The notes below the pieces were generated by a model that saw only the letters and a list, made by a program, of their open reading frames with translations, did no database searches and was not told where the DNA came from. This document shows positions 13,533-26,034 of a DNA stretch of 64,000 bases, piece after piece. The translations under genes and the position numbers were made by a program. Source of the stretch: Eledone cirrhosa (taxonomy: Eukaryota); NCBI GenBank assembly GCA_964016885.1, contig OZ024740.1:203670001-203734000 (forward strand). The letters are read 5' to 3'. Each line of letters opens with the position of its first letter. The stretch's first letter is position 1.

Positions 13533-16108
13533 CTAATGGATACGGTTTAAACTACCGGAGTTTTTAGGTCTATAATAGAAGGAATTAGAAATAGCATGCG
13601 GACAGGAAGAAAAAAATTCAGATTTTCTATTTAGTAATACGTTCCTAGAGAAAATTATAGAGTGGGTCTCTAGGATACAAAGATTACAGAATTTAGCGTG
13701 TGTTGAGAGGTGATTAGAGTGTGCTACTATACGCCAATTTAGGCTATATGGTATACCAGCCCCTTTTAAATCCCAGTTATGGTGTGCTAAAGAAGTAGAG
13801 TTCTTAAACTTAATATGCTTAAAATTAGAAATATGTGAATTAAACCTAGTTTTAAAAGTATTAGATGTGGAGCCTATATATGTTCTACAAGAAGAATTAG
13901 TCTTAACTTCACATGCATAAACAATATTCCTAGAGAGGCAGTGGCCATTCAAAGGGCAGTTATTACTTAATCTACAGTTACATTTCCGGGTATTAGTGAT
14001 TAGCTGATTACGCGATGCAATATTCCTAGGGTTATTAGAAGATAAGATCTGCTCGGGTGGTAAGTTGTTGATAGAGCTATCTAGATTAGTGGTACGCAAA
14101 GAGCAGTAGCTGTCCCTAATTTTCCTATTATTAGTGCTAGCTAGATGAGAATTAATATTAGGGGTGGTAGAGAAGGAGAGTTTAATTACATTCTTATTAA
14201 AGATACTATGGTATTTATTAGTAGGAGGGAAATTTTTCTCTAAAATAGAAAAGAAAGATCTAGGGATATTAGTTAATACTTCATGATTATAAGGCGGGTT
14301 AAAGTAAGTATTGAGCCTCCTCCTATTCTTACCTTTACTATTTCTATTTCTATCTCGTATCCTATTAATAGGATTAGGGTTAATACTAGGACCAGTTGAA
14401 TCAACATTATTAGAAGCCGTTAAAACATCACCACTTGGTGAACGTTCAGAGCGCCTATCCTGTTCACTAGAACTAATCTCAAAAAGTGCACCATTAGACT
14501 CACTATTACGATTATTATTGTGGTAGTTATACATATGGTTCGGTTTGGATGAACCAATAAAATTTCTATGATTCCTAGATTTTCTTTTCCCATTCAAGGC
14601 CATGTTATGGGATATTACGTTATTATTGGTAAACGGAGTCATTCCAAGGTTGTTATCTCTATAGTGTATTCTACCTGAGTAACCAGAGTTAGCTAGGGCA
14701 TTATTATAATACTCAGCATGTGAATTAAATATTCCTATATCTTTAGAGAGTGTGGAGATTCTATTAGATACACCATTAATAATAGAACTAATCATAGATT
14801 TAGAGTGGTTAGAATTAGGATTAACGTAAGAGAGTGTCTCATTAGGCTTGTGGAAGGGTTTATAATTATTAGTGACCAAGTCCAATGTCACATCTAAAAA
14901 GTTAACAGCTCTATCATTCCTATCAATCGTGATCGAAAGGTTAACATTTAAAAAAAATTTATACAAGTTCTTCCTATTATGTTCAATGCTATTAGTACTA
15001 GAGTTTATTACAAATAATGCATCGTCACGATAAAGTCCACCTTTAAGGTGCGGAAAGCTAACATAAAGTTCGTTCAAGAGGTACAGCCCAACAAGATCAG
15101 TTACCTGCCAGAATCACTCGAACCCATGGTAACGTCAAAGTTGTTGGGTGTGTTTTTACGTGTCCAACGTGTATCCTCGAATTTGATGATAGTCTTACGG
15201 GCGGCTAGTATAACATCAATCTGGGGACGCGTAAGATTAGACATTCGCATGGCCATAATTAGGGCTTTATTAAGGAGGATAGGTGAAATCGACGTGTAAT
15301 ATGCGTCTATATCAAACTGGATAAACCTACTAGACTTAAGCTTATTTATACCAGAGAACCAATCAATAACATCCATAGTGTTCCCCCATAGATTAAAATG
15401 AACCTTTTCTCTAACGGTGGGTATAATCAGGTCAAGCATTTTCTTACTAATTATAGCTATATCAGACTTAGAAGGACTGATAAGTCTAACAGTAGGATTA
15501 CTTAAGAAGTCCACCTTATGATCCTTAAGTGTGAATCTCGGTTCCCTAGGGTAATAAGGTTGGGTATACTTATCAAGACCCAGATCCGAAACTATCTTGA
15601 GGCCCTCATTATTAATTTGATCTAAATTATCCTGCGTTGTCTTTTTGTAATTTTTATGCAACTCCTTATAAATAAAATTACGGTAGGCAATGTAATCCAT
15701 AGAGTAAAGATTCTTAGTCTTGTCAGCCGGGACAAGAATAGACCTATTCCCTTTAAAATCCCTAACAATATTCTTAAGTTTAGACTGGAACTTGTCAAAT
15801 TTATTATAGTTCCCATATTTATTATGCGGCTTATATTTAATATTTTTGACAAGGGAAAGTAAATCGTTCTCAAAACTATCTAATAGAACATTATGCGGTG
15901 GACTTTTATAAGTCGTGAAGCCAAAGTTATTGAATGGAGTCTTACTACTGGGGTTATTCCTATTCCTATTACTATCAAAGTGGAAAGCACGCCATCTAAT
16001 CCGTTTTACGAATGAGTTAACGCTAGCAATCAAGAGTTTTTCATAAGTATTTCTAGAAGGGATGGGAATATTCTTCAGAGATAAAGGCAAGTAGCTCTTT
16101 GTTAGCAT
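13533..16108 (-). pseudogene. PLE reverse transcriptase / GIY-YIG endonuclease polyprotein with one frameshift near 15109
   Basis: Motifs: SLKNIPIP, KRIRWRA, ADKTKNLY, QFDIDAYYTSI, FDVTMGSSDS, [frameshift] QVTDLVGLYLL, LYRDD, NFLDVTLDL, CNCR..CPLNGHCL, NIVY...YIGST..FKTRF, CNLC..E. Confidence 0.95.
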
Positions 16109-16178
16109 ACTGTCAGATGCATATAAAGGCCAAAATACCAGTATATAGGATAAAGCTCAACCAATCGGGAGCCGTAAT

Positions 16179-16802
16179 AAGATCAACATACTTGAGTGTG
16201 TTAGAGTTAAACACACTCGTCATATTAGAGAAATGACAGTATAAGATATAGCTCAATGTAATCCAACAGAGCCGAAAAATTATAAAAAATAAACAAAGAA
16301 GCCTTCAATAGATCAAAAGTCTTTATTAGTCGACAATGTTTCGTCCCATTAATAAGGACTCATCAGGGCAAGCAAAGAGGCAAGAAGCATTAACGGCCAA
16401 AACAAGCCAAAACTCAGAAGAACAGGGAATTTATATCTATGAAAACTTAGGAAAGACATCATGGAAAGACATGCTAAAGTTAAAAGTGAGCATTTGCAAA
16501 TATAGACTATAGGGCTAGAGAGCAAGTAATATGTCAAACCTACGCTGAAAGAACAATATAAGACAAACACATGAAATACAACATGGTAATACAATATGAG
16601 AATTATAATATGATATAGAAAACAATATATTAGATAATAAGAAATAAAAAGCTTAATATATATGTATATATATATATATACATTTACACAAACACATACT
16701 AACACTTGTTTAAATATTTAAATATAATAATCATTATAATAGCATAATCACCCTGACGGTGTGCATAAACAATATCAAAAACAATGGAATAATATACTGA
16801 CA

Positions 16803-16806
<4 letters not shown>
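16179..16806 (-). repeat. 5' pseudo-LTR of the PLE
   Basis: Direct repeat of 11908-12538 with only a handful of substitutions. Confidence 0.95.
16329..16369 (-). ncRNA. Minimal type I hammerhead in the 5' pLTR, stem I mismatch
   Basis: Same as 12058, but the 3' strand of stem I is GAC instead of GGC. Confidence 0.8.
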
Positions 16807-16887
<81 letters not shown>

Positions 16888-18599
16888 TGTATATATTTAT
16901 ATATTATCAAAAATTATGTGCGAGAGAATGGAGGCCCGATTAACAGATGACCACAATAACATCATATTCGCTGATCAACTGCCAAACTGGAATAAACACC
17001 GTGGGATTTACTGACAGTAGGGGCTACTGTCAGTAACTGAGTTTAAATCCCGGGGCGGTCTATTCTAGGATGTCAGTAGATATCGGAAAAATATTTTCGA
17101 TCTACTTAGATTCATGTATGACGATACAGAACAACATGGTAGACGTGAAAATATACTGGGAAACAAAATAGGACGTAGGCGAACTAATGAGATCGTCTTA
17201 CGACTGTCAACAGAATAAATTAAACATTGAAATTAAAATTAGAAAAAAGGGGTTTATTACAGCAACAACACAAGATCAAGTGGGAAGAAGGTTCAGGGTA
17301 GTAACGCTAGGGAGGAATATTGGAAAGTCCCGTCTGAAAATGTTACACAAGATGGAGAAGAGATAAGTGTATGCTGCCCTAACAGCGTCTGAACATGAAA
17401 AGAAAGAGATAAAGCGCATGGCGGATGTTACGGGAGATAGAGGAAGGAGAATTATGGGATGGAAATGAGGGGTAAAGAGAGGAAAGGGAGAGAGAGAGAG
17501 AAGAGGGAGAGAGTGAAAAAAGAGTTAGTGAAGCGAGAGAAAGGAGAGTGAGAGAGTGTGGAGAGAGTTAGTGAAGATAGGTTAGGAAGGAGAAGCAGCG
17601 AGGGAGAGTGAGGAGAGATTTAATGAGGAGAAAGAAAGAGTGAGTGAGAGAGAGAGAGAGAGAGGGGGGGGGGAATAGTAAGTTGGAATAAGTAGGTTGT
17701 ATGGTGCTACTGTGAATATATATTATCAACATTTCTGTTCTAGTGACTGAGACACGAACAAATACGTCAGAGGGCAACCATAATATCTTCACTCATCAGT
17801 CGCCAAACTGGAATAGACACTGTGTGATTTCAACCAAATTAGTAGTAACATTATATTCTATTCCAGGATGTCAGTAGATACGGACAGAAAAACTATAGAT
17901 GACAGTATTAGATGAAGTACAGTATAGCGATAAATTTTATTACTCGGCGTTCCAAGTTCGCATACGCCCTGAATTGGAATTCTGTCTGTCATAACTTCAA
18001 CACAAGCCACACGAAGACCTAAAACATCTCAGGTATTCTCCGAGATTTCTACAAATCCCTTGAAAATGGATAGAGCATCCGAAATATAGCGGGATTAATA
18101 AATTTTTTCCAAGGCAACATGATCTCTAGTTTCTTGTTTTTCTTTCTCTTCTCCTCTTCTTTGCACTCAACCGATTTTGTTACCTCAATATTAACAACCT
18201 TGACTGGATTGTGGCAGCCTCCAAGACATCTCCACATTGAAAACCATATTTTGAATTCATAAGAGTAAAGCTGAGAGTGTTATTTAGGCGTAGGTAAAGT
18301 GTAAAAATATTGTTCAGCGGTACTAGAACAGTGATTCTCAGGACCCTAAGTCCCATTCATTTCCTTATAATTCCAGGTTTTCTCAACTCTGCACCATTTT
18401 GAATTGTCATCCAATAATTTTTCATCCGAGTACTATATTTACACGAACAAGATTTTCAAACCTCAATAATTGTATAGTGCAGTGGTTCTTAAAGACTTGG
18501 ACCACATTTCTCCTCTTTCAATCCCACGTTTCCCCAATTCATTCCCTATTTTGTATTGTGCCTTGTGCCTAAATCATAACCATTATTTTAATAGTTTCA

Positions 18600-18928
18600 C
18601 TCATTAGACTGCGGCCATGCAGGAACATTGTCTTAATATAGTTAATCATATTGACCCTAGTACTTATTTTTCAAGTTTGGTACTTATTTTATCAATTGCT
18701 TAAAGTCGAACTGCTAAGTTGTGGAACATAATCACAGACACAAACATAAATATAGATTCACACACATATTACAGAGGTAAAGAATATAAACGACGAACCT
18801 CTGCAGATTCTGTCAACAAATTTCCACTTCGATGCTGTACTAAATAACACTTACTGCAACGAGTCTAAACCCAGAATCTCGTGATTGTGATGCGAATCCC
18901 TTAACCCCACAACCATCTCTGCACCAAT
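18600..18928 (-). mobile_element. Degenerate tRNA-derived SINE
   Basis: Minus head GGTGCAGAGATGGTTGTGGGGTTAAG...GGGTTTAGACTC; body has the GATAAAATAAGTACCA motif shared with the 3225 SINE. Confidence 0.5.
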
Positions 18929-19059
18929 ATAAACAATATACACTTTTGTTTCCCTGTTTGGTTTCCGCTTCTGACTAACACTCTCCTCTTGGGAGCCAAA
19001 TGCCCCTCGTTTATTCCTTTTCTCACCCTCTAGCGTTCTATTTCAGCTTATATTTCTCA

Positions 19060-19480
19060 TTTTGTCTCTATCTCATTCTATCTACTGATGAAGAACTAGT
19101 GTCCGAAACGCAAAGTCTCTTTTCCTACAATATCAAGTGTCAAACTAATGTATTTCTTTATTGTACTGTGTTGTTTGCTTTGTTGTTTCTGCTTACTTTT
19201 CGCGCGCTCATGATATATAACGCCTTCTATCAACAGTTGTTTTTTAAATGGCGAAATGAACAGAGTTTCTTTTTCTCGAATAATTTTTTTTCGTTTGCCC
19301 CCCCCCCCCCCTGCTCACTCTCCTCTATCTTTCTATTTCTTCTTCAATCTTTTATTCTATCTTTTTGGTAAAGGACAAGTGTCCGAAACGTTAAGACTTT
19401 TCCTACTATATTAAGCGTGAAACTAATATATATCTTCATTGTACTTCATCGGCTGCTGTGATTATTCCGTTTACTTTTCA
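19060..19480 (+). repeat. Two tandem decayed pLTR-like units with degenerate hammerheads
   Basis: CTGATGA AGAACTAGTGTCC GAAAC GCAAA GTC (19085-19118) and GGAC AAGT GTCC GAAAC GTTAA GAC (~19373-19398), each followed by similar CCTAC..TAT..AAG.GT.AAACTAAT. Confidence 0.55.
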
Positions 19481-19545
19481 CTCACACACACAGACACACA
19501 CATATATATATATACACATATATATATATGTACCCCTCCCACCCA

Positions 19546-19622
19546 CCCCAGAAAAAAAATGTATACACACTTCAACAGCATTCTAATCAAAGTGTGTATA
19601 CATTGTTTCGGGACACCCTGTA
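19546..19622. mobile_element. Tc1/mariner-type mini-MITE remnant
   Basis: Right end on minus reads TA-CAGGGTGTCCCGAAACAATGTATACACACTT; the left arm AATGTATACACACTT is its inverted partner. Confidence 0.6.
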
Positions 19623-19980
19623 TATATATATATGCAGCTTGTTTATGAATGATAAACATACACAATCGCTCTGAACATATCATAGCTACTTGAATATTTG
19701 TTCGTAAGTACATCTAAAGTTCCTCCCTGCAAATATTCACTCAACGCTTTGATCTGAAGTGAAACAATAAAATATGTTGAACATTATTTCTTCGTAATAA
19801 AAAAACATTCCCAAGAGAATACGTAATGTTTTAAAACATATTACTGCCTACAGATCTGTAAATCCTTCCTGTTACTGTCAATATTAGAGGAAACGACTAT
19901 ATAATATTCGGTAGTGAATTCAAACAGGGCAACATTAATGTTTTCTTATGCCATGCTTGCCTTTCAGTTTTCATTTGTTT

Positions 19981-20018
<38 letters not shown>

Positions 20019-20124
20019 CTATACATATATCTCCTTGTTCCTCTCTCTCTCCCCCACCCTCTCTCTCCTTTCGCGCTCTCTCTCTCCCCATCTCTCTCTC
20101 TAACTCTCCCTCTTTGTATATATG

Positions 20125-20957
20125 TGAGTACAAACAGATACAAACTCCCATACTCCCTTCCTTCGGGTGAAACTCTCGTGGCATCCAGCAACATCAGAGA
20201 CTTGGGAGTAATTGTGGACAACATAAGCTGGGCTACTTATATAAACAGCAAAGTTGACATGGGCCGCAGAATGTGTTCCTGGATTCTAAGAATTTTCCAG
20301 TCGAGAGATATCCACACCATTATCCTTCGATTCTCCACTTTTGCCCGACCCCACCTTGAATACTGTTATCTACTGTGGTCTCCCCACACGAAACAAAATA
20401 TCATGAAAGTTGAAGCTCCTCAAAGGTCAATCACAAAAACTATAGATGGCGTGACAGGTCTTGACTACTGGGGTCGACTAGAAAAGCTCAAACTTTATTC
20501 TCTCCAACGTCGCCATGAGCGCTAAATTATCTGTATGATGTGGTAATTATTCCATCAGCATTGCCCAAATGGTGTTGGCATCACCTTCAAGGTACACCCA
20601 AGGCTTGGGCCCCGTGCTATTCGCCCACAACAAAAATCAAATTCGCATCTCATACCAACAATACAGCACAATTATTTCACCTCAATTGGCCCCGCTTTCT
20701 TTAACAATACACCAAAAAACATTAAAACATTAAAACAGAAATAGACCCCATAAAGTTCAAGAAGTCTTTGGACAAATTCCTTCAAGAAATCCCGTACAAA
20801 CCTCCTACACCCGGATATGTCTCTGTAAACAATAACTCTCTACTTGAGTAGGCCATGGTGCCCAAATCCTTATTTGAAAGACTTCGCCAGGTGGTACTAT
20901 TATGTTAGACATGGCCTGGGCCAATACTGGGCGAAACATATCAAAGTTATCAAAGTA
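20125..20957 (+). mobile_element. CR1-type LINE 3' fragment (RT C-terminal region)
   Basis: RDLGVIVD..SW..YI, RPHLEYC..LWSP, QR..TK.I.G..GLDY..RLEKLKLYSLQRR. Short tandem tail TATCAAAGT x2. Confidence 0.9.
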
Positions 20958-21002
20958 TGTATCTATATACATATAGATAGATAGGTCGAGAGATAAATAT
21001 AT

Positions 21003-21695
21003 AGATAGATTTCTTTATTAGCCACAGGGGCACAAAAGAAGGGGACAAATACAAAGGGGGAAGTTTACATACAATAAAAACGTGTAAAATATTATCACAA
21101 ATGCAATTAAAAAAATTAGTCGATTTTCCCCAATAGGGGGAGACAGTTCATATGGGTAACACATACCCCCGAAAAAATGTACAACCCTCATCTCCAGGAG
21201 TACGAAGAGTTTGTACTCCTTTCCTCTCCTCCTCCTTTTCCTCAACCTACAGGCTGATATAGAGATAAGGTCCATTCACTCGGGCCATTCTCGCCACTTT
21301 CACCCACCCTTCATAAAACTTATAGATAGATTTCTTTATTAGCCACAAGGGCGCAACAAGAAAGGGGACAATACAAAGACATGCCGAGGATTTTACATAC
21401 AGTCGTGTAAAAAATATAAAAACAAACAATTTCAACAATCGAAATCCTCAATAGGGGGGAGGCGCCACAAATGGGTTGTTTAATACCCCGTCGATAGAAC
21501 AACCCTCAACTCAAGGAGCGTGTTGTGCAAGTGCTCCTTTCTTCCTTTTGCTCTCTTCCTCAACCTACAGGCTTATAAACAGAGAAGGCCCAATCACTCG
21601 GGCCATGTTCGCTTCATTCACCCACCTTTCAGTAAATTTACTGGGGTGCAGTGCCTCTCTCTCCACCCTGATTCTCCTTCTAAAGTAAAACTTAT
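21003..21695 (-). mobile_element. Two tandem 3' ends of a Tx1/L1-like LINE in (TAGA)n
   Basis: Both end GTGGCTAATAAAGAAATCTATCTA. Coding tails FYFRRRIRVERE...FTERWVNEANMARVIGPSLFISL* and FYEGWVKVARMARVNGPYLYISL*. Confidence 0.65.
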
Positions 21696-21721
21696 AGATA
21701 GACAGACAGACAGACTGACAG

Positions 21722-22435
21722 ATCTATCGACAAAGTTGTCGACGAAGACGAAGCTGTTCATTATCCCGTTGAATTTCTCAACAGGCTGGAACCGTCGGGT
21801 ATGCTGCCCCACAACCTTGAATTGAAGAAAGGCAGTCACCATGCTCCTCAGAAACTTTGAGCAGCCAATGTTATGCAATGGTTGTGACTGAACTACAGCC
21901 TCACATCAAAGCCAACATCCTCATTGGATGTGGTAAGGGACATCGCATTTATACCTCGAAAACCACTAATACCAACAGATGTCTCCTTTTGTTTGAAACG
22001 ATTGCAATTCCCAGTGAGGGTCAGTTAGGCAATAATTATCAACAAGTCCCAACATCAAACACTGCAGGTTGTCAGTCTCCATCTACAAGAGGGTTGTTTC
22101 TCACATGGTCAATTGTATGTAAGTTGTTCCAGAATTGGAAACCCCCACAAACTTTTCATATATGCTCCAAAGAAAAAAGTTAAAAATATTGTATATACCG
22201 AAGTTCTGTAAATGTTTTATCATTTTCGTAGAAGACATTTTTCTATTATTTTCTTTATTACTTTCTGTATTTAGATATTCTAAATAGTTTTCTAAAATTG
22301 TTATGCAATATTTAAAAATGTTTTAACATCTTTTATTCTAAGGAAAATGGACATTACGATAGATGACAATAGGCACCGTATGAATAGATTTGAGCACAAT
22401 ACAGACCGAGAAAAAAGCCGGGAGGGCACCAGTAG
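21722..22435 (+). pseudogene. Helitron RepHel PIF1-type helicase C-terminal fragment
   Basis: YPVEFLNRLEPSGMLPHNLELKKG, MLLRN....LCNG, FIPRKPLIP, RLQFPVRVS*AIIINKSQHQTL, FSHGQLYVSCSR, NIVYTEVL*. Contains stops and frameshifts; not shown in the ORF track. Confidence 0.93.
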
Positions 22436-22957
22436 ATAGTTAAAAACAAATGAAAACTGAAAGACAGATACGAGGAGATATTAATTTCCCCTGTTTAAAT
22501 TCATTGCCGTTCCTCTATAGTCAGTTCCTCCAATATTGACAGTAACAGGAAGATCTAAAGACAGTAATATGTTTTAAAACATTACTATTCTTTTTCTTTT
22601 AATATTATGCATTCTACACATCCCGTCGAATGATTTCTTGAAGTCTATGACGTTATGGTATATCACTTGCTTGTGTTGACTGTATTTCTCACACAGACCC
22701 GGAGATTGAAAATCTGTTGTGTCTTTTCGTTAGCGAAATCCACGATGAAAAAATACATGGGCAAGAAGCCATGTTTGAGAAAGCAACTAGCATAGACCTC
22801 ATTCAGGGCAAAGTAGGGGAGTGGTTCCATATGAAGCGGGAATATTGATGATATGTAGTGAGAGATGAAAATGTATGATTGGCGAATAGTGTCAAATATA
22901 CTCGATACTTTGGGTAGTACTCGACATAATTTACTACTTGGGGTGGTAGATTATGGT

Positions 22958-23045
22958 TATATTATAAAGAGTCGGGACCCGGCGGTTGAGCTCTTGCTGT
23001 TTCAACAGCTATTTCCAGAGACAGCCGTCGGGTCCATACTCTTTG

Positions 23046-23052
<7 letters not shown>
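22958..23052 (+). other. ~95-nt long hairpin / tiny MITE beside (TA)n
   Basis: TATATTATAAAGAGT/ACTCTTTGTAATATA, GGACCCGGCGGTTG/CAGCCGTCGGGTCC, inner GCTGTT/AACAGC. Confidence 0.75.
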
Positions 23053-23392
<340 letters not shown>

Positions 23393-23498
23393 TGGAAGAA
23401 CACTGGAAGGTAATATCCGTAGTGGTAGAGCACTCAGTCCATGGGACGAGTTAGGTAGAAGTGGTTACACTTCTGTTCCGTATAACCATGTTCCATTA

Positions 23499-23536
23499 CG
23501 AGCTGAGGATCCGCTAAGGTGAAACAATTGTTCTCG
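23499..23536 (+). ncRNA. Minimal type I hammerhead ribozyme (solo pLTR-like unit, ~23393-23570)
   Basis: CGAG CUGAGGA UCC-GCUAA-GGU GAA ACAAUUGU U CUCG: 4-bp stem I, palindromic stem III, GUU triplet. Confidence 0.8.
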
Positions 23537-24237
23537 GTATGGTGAACTAACTGTTGTGTAACCACTTATATATATATATATATATACATGTACACACATA
23601 CATATATTTGCGTGTGTGCATTTATATCTGTAAATCTGTGAATGAGGTGTGCTACTTGTCCACGAAATCGGAACATTGGTTTTTCAATTACGTTTTAGTA
23701 GTTACAGATATGTTCAAAATATTATTGGTAAAACTATTTCATTATTGATTTCTTTTGCACAAACACCAGACGACGTCTGTTTTAACCCATTAATCAATTT
23801 AATACCCCTTAATACATTGATTCTAATGAAGATTTTATTGTTTTGGACACCACTACGTAATGTTTGTTTAGCCTGATTTGTTCACTGTCTGTTACTGACT
23901 ATCAACGTCTATTACTATTAGTGGTTATTTAGTTACAAACAGAAGCGAAATTGCAGAGAGCCAGAGGCGTGTTTTCACTGCTGGGCTAAGACGCATTTCA
24001 TTTTCGTTTCATCTTTTAAGAATGGCTATGAATTCAATTTCTTTTTTTATATGCTGCTCAGAGGCCCGCTGGGTATTTATCCAAATGTCCGTATCGCCAG
24101 TCCACAAATATAATTCCGATTGTTATTTTTTGGATGGTTGGTAGTGAATAGCCATTTTGCCTACATAACTAAAATTACATTTTTTTCTGTTTCAGATCTT
24201 TCCTGTTCTATAGTTGTAAATCTAAACCTTTTAGAAT

Positions 24238-24535
24238 GTGGCAAGTAGAGAATGTAAAAATTCGCCAATCTGTTATATTTACGGAAGTCATGCTGGACCT
24301 AAACAGATACCACATAAAATTCTGAAATGTGTCAAATTCTGGATAGCAGAAGGCTCGCTGGTGACCAAGACAAGACATGACTTGAACATTCCATGTGGAA
24401 CTGTCTATTTAATGTAGAAAGATGGTTAAAAGGTGCCAGAATGACTAAACACTTTGCGACTCCTAGAATATGGAGAGGGTCAAAGAATCAAACGGCAACT
24501 GCTATTTCAGCATCATTGATGTTGCAAAAAGATAC
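24238..24535 (+). pseudogene. N-terminal fragment of a Chapaev3-like (CMC) DNA transposase
   Basis: ASRECKNSP.CYI.G...GDQDKT*..H.....C......WLKG....FATPRIWR....NCYF; disrupted by a stop and frameshifts. Confidence 0.7.
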
Positions 24536-24679
24536 CATGTCATATCATGTGACCAACACTCCCAATGGAGTTTCAGGGGTGCCATAGTAAGATGTCGTTT
24601 GGTATTTTAAAGGTGGTGGAGCTCATCCCCCCTCCAGGTTTGAAAACAATCGATTTCTTCCAATGGAAGAGTGAGAGCG

Positions 24680-24782
24680 AGTGTGTGTGTGCATGTGTGT
24701 GTGTGTGCATGTGTGTGTGTGTGTGCATGTGTGTGTGTGTGCATGTGTGTGTGTATGTGTGTGTGTGTGAAAGAGAGAGAGA

Positions 24783-24850
<68 letters not shown>
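24680..24850. repeat. (TG)n followed by (GA)n microsatellite
   Basis: Direct inspection. Confidence 0.95.
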
Positions 24851-24852
<2 letters not shown>

Positions 24853-24859
24853 CGATGCA

Positions 24860-25002
24860 GTACTGAACTGATACTTTAGTTATCAATCTTTAAAGGATTA
24901 AAAGCCAAGTTGACCTCGATGGGACATGATCGCAGAGGGCAGGAACAAATCCCGCGAAACATTCTATCCGACATTCTAACGATTTTACCAACTCGCCGCC
25001 TC
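24860..25002 (-). mobile_element. Degenerate Nin-like tRNA SINE
   Basis: Minus AGGCGGCGAGTTGGTAAAATCGTTAG...GAGGTCAACTTGGCTTTTAATCCTTT, similar to the 3225 SINE. Confidence 0.6.
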
Positions 25003-25238
25003 TAACAAAGCATAGGAAGCGTAAAGGAAGAACATTCTTTAGTAGCCGTATATACCCACTTATAGCATAGAGTCTCTTACCAATACCACAACGACCAGCT
25101 AATGTAATTGATAGGATTTGTAACGATGTTGCAATGAATCGCTTAGTCAAGCTGGTAAATAAAGTACAAATAACCTCACAATGTAAATCAATATCCATCG
25201 GTACTGTCTTGTACACTATGACGACAGGTCAATTAATC

Positions 25239-25476
<238 letters not shown>

Positions 25477-25966
25477 ACATTCAAAATCTGAGTACTCGTG
25501 ACAAGGACAGGCAGTGGAAACTATGGATATATCCATTTATCGTCTGATGTCCTCTGGAGATTACCACGATTTCGGTCAACAAAGAACGGTATCGTTCACT
25601 CCAGTGCACCAGGGATTGCAACACAAGACGAGACGACAACATAGAGGAAAAGTAAAATACAATACAAAGAATCTTTCCGACTAAATTAACATGAACATAA
25701 TGTAAAAAGTGTATGTAAAAGCCCAGGGTGCTCCAAACTAAAACAAAACAAAACAAAATGTAACGATAACAAAATAAAGCAAGTATGCAACAATTTAACC
25801 AGGAGGAATGGAGAGAGAAATATTTTCAGACATTAGTTTTTGAAAAGACAAAGTAAAGAGCAAAGTGAGCAGCGTGGTGTTATTATCTTTCTCAGAACGA
25901 ATGGCATGGGGGTGACGTGGAGGTTAAGAAGACAGCAGGTGAGGTGTGTGTCTGTCTGTCTGTCTG

Positions 25967-26030
<64 letters not shown>

Positions 26031-26034
<4 letters not shown>

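Larger units (their letters stand above)
11908..16806 (-). mobile_element. Near full-length Penelope-like retroelement (probably Naiad clade) with direct pLTRs
   Basis: RT + GIY-YIG ORF between two ~630-bp direct repeats, each with an HHR. Both ends abut (TA)n. Confidence 0.95.

Noticed and set aside
17720-17805. Minus-strand CTGATGA as a hammerhead core
   Set aside because: GAAA does not follow a stem II and no stem I partner is present.
24180-24590. Possible host exon after a polypyrimidine-CAG acceptor
   Set aside because: The downstream reading matches a disrupted transposase N-terminus, not a host gene.
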